Shown in pieces: positions 17,372 through 24,752 of a stretch of 35,311 nucleotides of DNA (position 1 is the stretch's first letter; the number at the start of each line of letters is the position of its first letter). Below the pieces are notes generated by a model that had not been told where the DNA came from, made no database searches, and saw only the letters and a list, made by a program, of their open reading frames with translations. This DNA is from a virus. The position numbers and the translations under genes are program-made. Location: the IMG/VR virus record IMGVR_UViG_3300045988_070681, one strand, 5' to 3'.

Positions 17372-18163
17372 TTATTTGTTATAATGTTTTTTCATCTCTG
17401 CCTTTTGTTTCTCGTTCTCCTCGTGGCGCTTGGATAGCGCTAGCATGGCATCTAGGTAATTGACCCGCTTCGCCTCCTCGAACGTGCACTTGAACAACTC
17501 CGCCGTAGCCTGTACGAGCGTTAATACGTTCTTCGCCTCCTTGATCGGGTCATCTTCCGGCGTGCTCCCCGCATCGAAAGGGAATAGGCGTTTTTCTAGC
17601 CCGTCCGCGATCCCGACCTGCTCCTTGATATACTTCATGGCACAAAGCAAATGGTAGATGTTATCCGGCGCGTATTCGCTAGGCTCGTGCTCGACCGGCG
17701 TGCACCACTTCGCGACCTTCTCCGTTGCCGTCTCGCTCCTTCTCGCCTCTATAACCTGCCATAGCGTTACGTCCTCGATACGCGGTATGCGGTACACGAG
17801 CTTTCGGTTTTTTATAATAAAAGGGTCGCCCTTGACGTACTCCGCCACCGCGTTTAATGTCGCTGCTTGGTCGGAAGTTAGGGCGCCCTTATAATTTGGG
17901 TGCAAGTTACAAATAAATTCCAATTGCTTGGCGTTGTAACGCCTACATATTTTCCACCACAAGCGGCGGAAGGCGTTTTTAACCTTTCCTTTCCAGTTGG
18001 CAGGCTCTTGCAGGATCAACCACTCCACGCCATAAAACGCCGTAGTCCTTTTCAGGCGCCCGGCGTAATGCGGCTTGCCATCCAGGGCGTAACATTCCGG
18101 ACTGTTAGGGCACTCCACCGTACCCCGCTTAACGCAATTATTGCAACTTAGTTTTTTACTCAT
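17372..18163 (-). CDS. Hypothetical protein with an N-terminal Cys cluster (CNNC...C....C)
   Basis: The track start at 18169 is TTG. The first ATG is at 18163 (MSKKLSCNNCVKRGTVECPNSPEC). No family recognised. Confidence 0.6.
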   Translation of the reverse strand: MSKKLSCNNCVKRGTVECPNSPECYALDGKPHYAGRLKRTTAFYGVEWLILQEPANWKGKVKNAFRRLWWKICRRYNAKQLEFICNLHPNYKGALTSDQAATLNAVAEYVKGDPFIIKNRKLVYRIPRIEDVTLWQVIEARRSETATEKVAKWCTPVEHEPSEYAPDNIYHLLCAMKYIKEQVGIADGLEKRLFPFDAGSTPEDDPIKEAKNVLTLVQATAELFKCTFEEAKRVNYLDAMLALSKRHEENEKQKAEMKKHYNK

Positions 18164-18314
18164 ATCCAATCAGTTCTATTTCTTCGTAATAATGCCATTC
18201 CCCAACGTTCGACCCGTCCCACTGTACGACCGCTCCCAGTACCCCAACGCCTGTGGCTGTCCCGGTGTTCCCGGAGTAACCGTATTTAATGCGTACCCGG
18301 TCGTCCTCCCCCAT
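18156..18314 (-). CDS. Small ORF (52 aa), not on the ORF track
   Basis: Hand translation gives MGEDDRVRIKYGYSGNTGTATGVGVLGAVVQWDGSNVGEWHYYEEIELIGYE. The ATG lies 10 nt after the terL stop, and the stop overlaps the next ATG (ATGAGTAA). It fills the 18170-18323 gap better than the listed ORF 18176..18373. Confidence 0.35.
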   Translation of the reverse strand: MGEDDRVRIKYGYSGNTGTATGVGVLGAVVQWDGSNVGEWHYYEEIELIGYE

Positions 18315-18323
18315 GCTGCAAAC

Positions 18324-19497
18324 CTAATCATTATTTGCGTATCTCGGGCGGTATTTGCGTATAAGGTAATCAACGCCGTAACGTATGGCGTCCCATGCGT
18401 GGTTGTAAGCGTCTATCGGCTCGTTGGTGTATGTGTCGGTCAAGTTGTCCTTGACGTAGGTGTAATTGTCTGCCTCGTCCAGCACGTTCGTGCTCCGCTT
18501 CGTTACGAACAGGTTGAACTGCTTCACCTGCTGGATGCCCGCCCTTATCGACCCTTTCCCCTTGATGCAGGGGATCGTGTTGCATCCCAAGCCGCGTAGC
18601 TCTATGATAGACTTCTGCTCGGCGTTGTCGCATACGGTTATGGTACGGTGCAGCCCTTCGTCCTTAAGCCGCCCGGCGATCGTGCGGTTGAGCATCTTCG
18701 TCTCGTAGCACACTTCATCTATATATAAGTTCATGCCCCGCATGTATATTTTTGACGATAGCGGTCGGGTCGTTCTGGAAGCCGAAATCAAGCCCTGTGA
18801 CTAACTTAACGTCCTCGCCCGTTAGATCCTCCGGCAATGCGTCGATCGTCTCAATTTGGGGATATACGAGCCCTTCCAGCCCGCCAGTCAGCCCTTCACC
18901 GTAGACGCGCCACCAATTGGCGTCCTTGGCGTTCCGTTCGATCGCCTCTACCTGCTGCTTGGACAGGTACGGGTTATCCTTGTAGGTTGAGTGGACCGTT
19001 ACGTACTTGTCGCCTGTGAAGTCCGTCTCGCCCCAGAAGCGGCGCACCGGGTTGAAGGCAATAATAACCTTGAGCGTGGTACGTACGTCCAACTGCCGGA
19101 ATATCTCGCGGGGTATGCGCTGCGCCTCGTTGATGAAAAGGATGTCACGCGCCGGACCGTGGACCTTTGACGCGTTGTCACACCCGAAGAACTCGATACG
19201 GACGCCCGGCTTCACCGTGTAGACCATATCCGACTTGTTTAATGAGTTCTCGTCCCACAGCCCCTCGTCTAACAGCATGTTCTGGAAGTCGCGGAACATG
19301 CCGCGCTTCACGGCGGGCAACGTGTCGGTAACACACGAGATCATTAACGGGTCGGGGCTTTCCCTAGCCACGAGGTAAAGGAGTTGCAACACGCTCCACG
19401 TCTTAGAGGAACGCGTACCGCCTTTGCTGGCGATCCCCCTTATGTTCGGGTCTACAAAATGTTCTACCATCTTGTTGAAGACATAGGTGCAATTCAT
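18324..19497 (-). CDS. terL: Terminase large subunit (PBSX/XtmB-like), with the reading frame broken at a T5/A5 run (18749-18753)
   Basis: ORF 18715..19497 carries a Walker A-like GGTRSSKT and ends ..GLDFGFQNDPTAIVKNIHAGHELIYR*. ORF 18324..18791 continues in the +1 frame with IYMRGMNLYIDEVCYE... (nuclease domain, ..AWDAIRY..). Removing one A restores DPTAIVKIYMRGMNLYIDEV, the normal terminase junction. Confidence 0.85.
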
Positions 19498-20204
19498 TTC
19501 TTCTCCTCCTCGCCTTTATGGTCCTTCTTGAAGTCCTTAAGTTTCCCCATCCTCGCAGACACTTTCGGGTCGGTGACGTTAACGGTCAAGCCGCCCTTGA
19601 TGCTCTCACCGTTAGACGTGTAGTCCATCTGCATCTTGATCCCTCGCAGCGCCCTAATGTATTGCGCGTCGAATTGCCCGACGCTCGCCCCCTGGTCCAT
19701 GTCCGCCGCGATCTCGGCGCGTATGCGGTCTATCGTCTCGACGAACTCCTCGCATACCGACAAACCGAACTCTTCGAAATTCTTCGTATAGGTGTTCCGG
19801 CGTTCGTGCAGGTACTTCACCCCAGCCCCTAGGAAAGCCGTAAACTCGCTTTCGCTCTGGAGGTGCTTCTTTGGCACTTCATAGAGCGTCCCGGCTGCCG
19901 GACCGGACTTTATCGCCTCGTACACTATAACGGGCGTAGCCTCGCACCAAGCGGTGTAGATCGCGTACGCTTCCCATAGCTCGGCGGGGTCCTGCCAGAC
20001 AGGCGTCTTGCCGAACCGGCGCGTAGCCAACTGGTAGCACCTGGTGCACTCGAACGAATCGGAGAGGTACTGTGTGGACGCGTATGTCGGTCGTATCGCC
20101 CCGCCGCCACACGCAGCTTTAATCCTCTCCGCCGCCACGGGCTTCTCCTTTGGAAGCTCCACGGGCTTCGTAGTCTCTGTTATTTGTTTCTTCCTTGTAG
20201 CCAT
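19494..20204 (-). CDS. terS: Terminase small subunit
   Basis: 236 aa, ATGA-coupled to terL. PAELWEAYAIYTAWCEATP and the C-terminal FDAQYIRALRG pattern resemble small-terminase families. First gene of the late block. Confidence 0.65.
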   Translation of the reverse strand: MATRKKQITETTKPVELPKEKPVAAERIKAACGGGAIRPTYASTQYLSDSFECTRCYQLATRRFGKTPVWQDPAELWEAYAIYTAWCEATPVIVYEAIKSGPAAGTLYEVPKKHLQSESEFTAFLGAGVKYLHERRNTYTKNFEEFGLSVCEEFVETIDRIRAEIAADMDQGASVGQFDAQYIRALRGIKMQMDYTSNGESIKGGLTVNVTDPKVSARMGKLKDFKKDHKGEEEKK

Positions 20205-20275
20205 ACAATTTTATTTTACAACTCTACAAAAATACGCTTTTTCCGCCCAAATCGCCATCTTTCCGCCTATCAAAA

Positions 20276-20650
20276 CTATCTTTTACGCCTGAAACTCCGA
20301 TGAACAGGGCGTTTCAGCCCTAGTGTAAAAGATGTAAAGATGAAAAGATGTTTTTCTATTATTTCCAAAATAAAAAAATACGCCAAAAAAATTATTTAAA
20401 AAAACAATAGTATATTTATGTTAACTATATTATTACTTATTACTATGTACTCCACTAGTATCTATCTTTACATCTTTTACAAATACACTATATTATATGA
20501 TAAAGTACTATAAATAAGCAAGTTAGGTGTAAAAGATACAAATTTTAACCTTTTACATCAAAAACTTGAAAGGTGCGTTCTGCGTCCTGTGGGGCTGGTC
20601 AGGCGTAAAACATGAAACGGCGGTGTAAAAGATGTTTTTCGCTACTTTTT
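20276..20650. promoter_or_regulatory. Control region B: AT-rich non-coding region with about 10 copies of the GTGTAAAAGAT-type motif, upstream of terS
   Basis: Motif copies at 20279-88 (inverted), 20323-33, 20333-42, 20342-50, 20464-72 and 20472-81 (inverted), 20527-39, 20633-44, plus degenerate copies. The layout matches 34990..35311. Confidence 0.8.
20324..20481. repeat. Inverted repeat pair (tgtaaaagatgtaaagat / atctttacatcttttaca, 18/18) flanking a 122-bp AT-rich core
   Basis: Read directly: left arm 20324-20341, right arm 20464-20481. Confidence 0.9.
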
Positions 20651-20783
20651 TGTCAAAAACAGGCTTTTTAGTTAAAATACCGTTAAAATCAAGATTTCTC
20701 TCTAAAAAGTTTTCTCTCACAAAGTTTTTGTAGAAGCGCTCCAAAATTGTGTTAACGATTTTAACACAAAAAAGGATTAACAT
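20553..20783 (-). CDS. Doubtful ORF (76 aa) at the 3' end of the early block
   Basis: ATG at 20783, 13 nt after the upstream stop. However, the ORF is very AT-rich, Lys/Phe/Asn-biased, and its 3' part runs through motif copies of control region B. Confidence 0.25.
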   Translation of the reverse strand: MLILFCVKIVNTILERFYKNFVRENFLERNLDFNGILTKKPVFDKKVAKNIFYTAVSCFTPDQPHRTQNAPFKFLM

Positions 20784-20796
20784 TTTTATACATTAG

Positions 20797-21336
20797 CTAC
20801 AAAACCAGCCCGTATAAAACCTTCCAGTCGTCCAAAATATATTTACATTTCCATTTCTCCGCCCTTTCTACGTTTTCCCATCTCAAAGTACGGTGGTTCA
20901 ACTTGTCCAGCGCCCTGCTGCCATCGCAGTACATGCTGACCCGGTACAGCATTGAAACTTCTATGCCATATTTGTTCATCTCGGTGTCTTTGCTCGTGTA
21001 GATCTCGGTGGTCGCCGTATCATTAAAAAAAAAACCTACCCGCTTCTTGTCCTTGTCACGGTACAACATATTTTCTATTGTCGGTATGCGTTCCGGCTGC
21101 ATCCGCGTATTGCGGTCGTCCCGTACTTTGCTAGCTGCGTGCATTATGTCCCGGACCACCTCGCAGAATATCCCTGCGTTTACGGCGTGAAACGGTTTGC
21201 CCTTCACCTTGGCGTACTTCACGCCGTTCGCCTCAAGCCAATTGAATATAAAAAATGCATGGATATTATAAACGCGTGCCATATCCTCGACTAATAAAAC
21301 CTTTCTCTGTTTCTTCTTAATATATGGTGTCGGCAT
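20797..21336 (-). CDS. Hypothetical protein (179 aa)
   Basis: ATG at 21336. Contains an A10/T10 homopolymer (21025-21034) in frame. No family recognised. Confidence 0.65.
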   Translation of the reverse strand: MPTPYIKKKQRKVLLVEDMARVYNIHAFFIFNWLEANGVKYAKVKGKPFHAVNAGIFCEVVRDIMHAASKVRDDRNTRMQPERIPTIENMLYRDKDKKRVGFFFNDTATTEIYTSKDTEMNKYGIEVSMLYRVSMYCDGSRALDKLNHRTLRWENVERAEKWKCKYILDDWKVLYGLVL

Positions 21337-21337
21337 A

Positions 21338-21436
21338 CTATAAATTATTTAAGATACATACTAAAACATAGCCTAACGCGATCCCCGCCGCGATTGCCAG
21401 GACCATTTGTCCCAGCATTTTCATTGCCTCCTTCAT
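21338..21436 (-). CDS. Small hydrophobic peptide (32 aa), not on the ORF track
   Basis: MKEAMKMLGQMVLAIAAGIALGYVLVCILNNL. The ATG overlaps the upstream stop (ATGA), and the stop is 1 nt before the next ATG. One predicted transmembrane helix. Confidence 0.35.
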   Translation of the reverse strand: MKEAMKMLGQMVLAIAAGIALGYVLVCILNNL

Positions 21437-21648
21437 TTCGCCAGCGCCTCCCTTAATTCTGATATGAGACGCAACGCCTCAACTCTTGATAAGTCCACCC
21501 TCCGCTCCGGCTCGTTCTTCCGGTAAATAATGATGGTCGTTACCTCCTTTGCGTTCCTCGGTACGCGTTCGGCGTAGACCATAACCTTCTCGGCTTCCGC
21601 CCTGCCTATCTTCACTCTCATCTCATGTTCTCTGAATAAATGTTCCAT
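21433..21648 (-). CDS. Hypothetical protein (71 aa)
   Basis: ATG start, compact spacing. No motif recognised. Confidence 0.55.
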   Translation of the reverse strand: MEHLFREHEMRVKIGRAEAEKVMVYAERVPRNAKEVTTIIIYRKNEPERRVDLSRVEALRLISELREALAK

Positions 21649-21674
21649 AACTTTAAAATATTAATTTGATTAAC

Positions 21675-21926
21675 TTAAATAGTCCAAACCATCGTCCCAT
21701 GTCCGGTAAAGCCGCCAACCGCGGTTAGTGGTACGGCGAAAAGGAAATGTTTCCAGCGGTTAGGCGCTTTCTTACTACTGCCTATTGCATCTACGCACAC
21801 CCAGCCCCTAGGGCACATGCACGGCTCGCCGCGCTTATTGGACGCGCACCCGGCTCGAAAAATATAGGCTTTGCTTTTTTCATAGTCCTTCAAGCATTGT
21901 AAAGCCCATGTCCATTTTCCAAGCAA
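21675..21926 (-). CDS. Hypothetical Cys-rich protein; start uncertain
   Basis: The track start at 21926 is TTG and overlaps the upstream gene by 47 nt. The first in-frame ATG (MCPRGW...) is at 21818. Confidence 0.4.
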   Translation of the reverse strand: MLGKWTWALQCLKDYEKSKAYIFRAGCASNKRGEPCMCPRGWVCVDAIGSSKKAPNRWKHFLFAVPLTAVGGFTGHGTMVWTI

Positions 21927-22119
21927 ACGGAACTGCGCCTATATTATAACCATACTTTACACAATCTTTTTCAGGGAGTGTGCAAAATATTGATAACCTG
22001 TTCGGCAATACCGGATCATACACATAGTACCCTTCTTTCCGGTTCTTTCCTCGATACACGTATCGTACACCGTCTGCCAGTTCTACGATATCACCCACTT
22101 TGTAATTTGCTTTTTTCAC
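21880..22119 (-). CDS. Hypothetical protein (79 aa), GTG start
   Basis: The GTG at 22119 overlaps the SNF2 stop (GTGA). There is no nearby in-frame ATG. Confidence 0.55.
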   Translation of the reverse strand: MKKANYKVGDIVELADGVRYVYRGKNRKEGYYVYDPVLPNRLSIFCTLPEKDCVKYGYNIGAVPFAWKMDMGFTMLEGL

Positions 22120-23489
22120 GCTCTATATTTTTTAATTAGTTCCTTAACCATATCCATTAAGCCGTTTTGTGTATCAGCCTTTCCGCTTAACGCTGCTATG
22201 ACCCGCTCGTCTATCGTACCCTTCGTTACGATGTGGTGGACAAATACGCTATTCTTCTGTCCCTGCCTCCATAACCTCGCGTTGAACTGCTGGTATAATT
22301 CCAGGCTCCATGTAGTACCGTACCAGATGATCCGGTTTCCCCCCTTCTGCATATTCAGACCGTGCCCCGCGCTAGCCGGATGTGCCACTAATACGGGTAT
22401 CTCGCCTGCGTTCCACCTGCGTACGCTTTCCACTCCTTCCAGGGCTTCCGCCCCGAAACCTTTCAAGGCTTCCAGTATCCGTGCTTTCTCGTGCTGGAAG
22501 TTGTAAGCAACCAAGACGGGCGCTCCGTTCGCGGCTTCCACCATTTCTACTAGCGTCTCTAACTTCTCATTGTGCACGGTGTGCATGTTCCGGTCTGCGT
22601 CGTAGATCGCGCCGCCTGCGAACTGCAAGAGCTTGTTTGATAGGGCGGCGGCGCTTAGCGCTGTTATCTCTTCTTCCTGCATAAGCTCTAGCACTTGGTC
22701 CTCTTCAAACTTATCGTACTGCTTCTTCACCTTCGGGGACAATTCCACGTAGTTGTTCACGTATGTAAGTTCCGGCATATCCAGGAAGTCCAGCGCCTTC
22801 ATCGATAATGTGATGTCGGCTATCTTCTCCCCTAATGCCGCCTCGGTTGTCGCTAGCGGCTTGTACTCGTAAACGATCCCGCCGTTCTGCGCGCCTGGTC
22901 TGAAATAGTTAGCCCTGTAATCGGTGATTGCCTTTCCCAGCCGTTGCCCGCCATCGACTAAATACATTTGCGCCCATAGGTCAATAAGCCCGTTCGGCGC
23001 GGGCGTGCCGGTCAGACCCACCACCCGGCTAACACTGCGCCGGATAATCTTTGCGGCTTTAAAGCGTTTAGATTGGTGGTTCTTGAAAGAGGACAATTCG
23101 TCTAGTACTAACATGTCGTACGGTACTTTAGACCCGCCCCACATTTGCAGGAGCCAGGCAAGGTTGTCACGGCTCACCGTGTAAACGTCCGCGTCAGCCC
23201 TCGCCGCTATCTCGCGTTGCTTCGCCGTGCCTTTTATCACCGACAAACGCAGGTGGCGGATATGCGCCCAGTTCCCGATCTCGTCGCCCCAAGTCATTTC
23301 GGCGACGCGCTTTGGCGCTACGATCAAAGCTTTAGTTACCTCGAACTCGTTTATTAGGTCGGCTACGGCTGTTAGCGTGCTCACCGTCTTTCCCAGTCCC
23401 ATATCAAGGAATAGAGCCGCGTCCGGGTGCTGCTTGATGTGCTCGACGGCGGCACGCTGGTATCCGTGTAGGTTACTTCTCTGTAACAT
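22116..23489 (-). CDS. SNF2/DEAD-like superfamily 2 helicase
   Basis: Walker A LDMGLGKT, DExx box LVLDELSS, and helicase C-terminal motifs (LVAHPASAGHGLNMQ, RLWRQGQ). Confidence 0.85.
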   Translation of the reverse strand: MLQRSNLHGYQRAAVEHIKQHPDAALFLDMGLGKTVSTLTAVADLINEFEVTKALIVAPKRVAEMTWGDEIGNWAHIRHLRLSVIKGTAKQREIAARADADVYTVSRDNLAWLLQMWGGSKVPYDMLVLDELSSFKNHQSKRFKAAKIIRRSVSRVVGLTGTPAPNGLIDLWAQMYLVDGGQRLGKAITDYRANYFRPGAQNGGIVYEYKPLATTEAALGEKIADITLSMKALDFLDMPELTYVNNYVELSPKVKKQYDKFEEDQVLELMQEEEITALSAAALSNKLLQFAGGAIYDADRNMHTVHNEKLETLVEMVEAANGAPVLVAYNFQHEKARILEALKGFGAEALEGVESVRRWNAGEIPVLVAHPASAGHGLNMQKGGNRIIWYGTTWSLELYQQFNARLWRQGQKNSVFVHHIVTKGTIDERVIAALSGKADTQNGLMDMVKELIKKYRA

Positions 23490-23500
23490 CTTCCAGTTTT

Positions 23501-23761
23501 TTATAAAACACGCTTACCTTGTCCATACGTTTGAACGCCATGCAATTCTATCGGCGCACGGGCAAATAGCACAATCCCGGCTACTGCTCCGTTGTGTTGG
23601 AAACGCCCAAACAGGTGATACGCCCTGTCGGGGCTGGACGGCGGCTCGCCGCCTATGTTTGCGAGGAAAACACACCCGCTACATAAACCGTTGCTCCTCA
23701 CGCATTGGACGGTCTTTCCTTCGTCCGTGGTGAATGCCTCACCTGCTATATGCTCTTTCAT
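23501..23761 (-). CDS. Hypothetical protein (86 aa)
   Basis: ATG at 23761, coupled to the upstream small ORF. No motif recognised. Confidence 0.5.
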   Translation of the reverse strand: MKEHIAGEAFTTDEGKTVQCVRSNGLCSGCVFLANIGGEPPSSPDRAYHLFGRFQHNGAVAGIVLFARAPIELHGVQTYGQGKRVL

Positions 23762-23910
23762 AACTTTGTTATTATTAATATGTGTAACGGCTCGACACTA
23801 ACACGTTTACTAATTGAATTCATTACAATGGCTCTTACATCAGCCCCCACCACTACGAACTGTATTATAGTCCCGGTGTATTCTTTGTTGTGCCCGTATA
23901 TGCACTTCAT
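23758..23910 (-). CDS. Small ORF (50 aa), not on the ORF track
   Basis: MKCIYGHNKEYTGTIIQFVVVGADVRAIVMNSISKRVSVEPLHILIITKL. ATGA overlaps at both ends (with the stop of 23907..24335 and the start of 23501..23761). Confidence 0.4.
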   Translation of the reverse strand: MKCIYGHNKEYTGTIIQFVVVGADVRAIVMNSISKRVSVEPLHILIITKL

Positions 23911-24335
23911 AAGCCCAAATCTTTTTTATACAACATATCGTAAATGTCATCTAATGTGTAACGTTCCGGAAAACATTTAAGTACTTCGGCGACCACGTCC
24001 AGAATGTCGGGAAACTGTGATTTAATCCCCAAAAGGTCTTTGATCGCGCCTGCCTTGCCAGCGTTAAACACTTCTTCCCTGTACACCTCGGTTATTACAT
24101 CAGCGCCTTCGAATACCACGCCGTCTCCCTTGTGGAGTTCCCGGCGGCTGTACTCGCGCCGTAGTATTGCGTCCGGCACTTCTGATATCAGGAACTGCTG
24201 CAAGTTCTCCGGTAATTGCTTGATAGCGTCCCCGATCGCGTAGCCCTCGGCGGGCGTTCCGTTCGCCATCTTCGTAACCACATCACAAAATAGGTTGATG
24301 CGGTCTATCTTAAGTTTCTTATTGAAGTCTACCAT
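23907..24335 (-). CDS. Hypothetical protein (142 aa)
   Basis: ATG start, tight packing. No motif recognised. Confidence 0.6.
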   Translation of the reverse strand: MVDFNKKLKIDRINLFCDVVTKMANGTPAEGYAIGDAIKQLPENLQQFLISEVPDAILRREYSRRELHKGDGVVFEGADVITEVYREEVFNAGKAGAIKDLLGIKSQFPDILDVVAEVLKCFPERYTLDDIYDMLYKKDLGL

Positions 24336-24337
24336 GG

Positions 24338-24748
24338 TTAAATATCTCCCTGAATTACAATTAAATCTGAAATGTCCAACGTCACGGCTTTATATCCCAG
24401 CTCGTTCGTGTACGAGAAATCGGTATTGGCTTTAACCTCTACCATTAGGTTAGGCTTGAACGCTAAAAACCAACAGGTGTAAATCGACCCGTTTTTCTGA
24501 AAGGCTAGTTCGTTGTCCAGGATCAAATCGGCAAGCTTTAAAAATTCCTCGGCTTCTTCGTACCGGCGGGCGAAGAGCGTGGCTCGGTCTGTCATTGCAA
24601 GGTGGAAGCCCTTGTTATACAGGTGCACGTTAAATTGTTTTTCATTCTCGAAACTCTTCGTTTCCTTTCCGCACTTCGTTATGATCCGTCCGTTTTGGGC
24701 TTTCGACACCTTCATCAGTTGCCCGCTGTTGCTTCTATATACTTCCAT
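24338..24748 (-). CDS. Hypothetical protein (136 aa)
   Basis: ATG start, tight packing. No motif recognised. Confidence 0.6.
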   Translation of the reverse strand: MEVYRSNSGQLMKVSKAQNGRIITKCGKETKSFENEKQFNVHLYNKGFHLAMTDRATLFARRYEEAEEFLKLADLILDNELAFQKNGSIYTCWFLAFKPNLMVEVKANTDFSYTNELGYKAVTLDISDLIVIQGDI

Positions 24749-24752
24749 GGTC

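Noticed and set aside
18176-18373. Listed 65-aa ORF in the gap after terL
   Set aside because: It overlaps the terL 3' end and has off-frame-like composition (Gly/Thr/Arg/Trp). The alternative 52-aa frame (18156..18314) fits the gap and couples to the next gene.
20324-20481. MITE-like mobile element reading of the two IR-flanked segments
   Set aside because: The internal sequences of the two copies are not conserved, only AT-rich. No target-site duplication is visible at the IR boundaries. Conserved sequence extends well beyond the inverted repeats on both sides.
20323-20644. CRISPR array reading of the repeated GTGTAAAAGAT motif
   Set aside because: The repeats are only 9-12 bp, occur in both orientations and are irregularly spaced (0 to about 120 bp). 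No cas genes are present. This is not CRISPR architecture.
20720-20745. Promoter-like TTTG...AAACTTTG inside ORF 20553..20783
   Set aside because: The spacer is only 14 nt against the 17-21 nt consensus, and the -7 box lacks the initial T.
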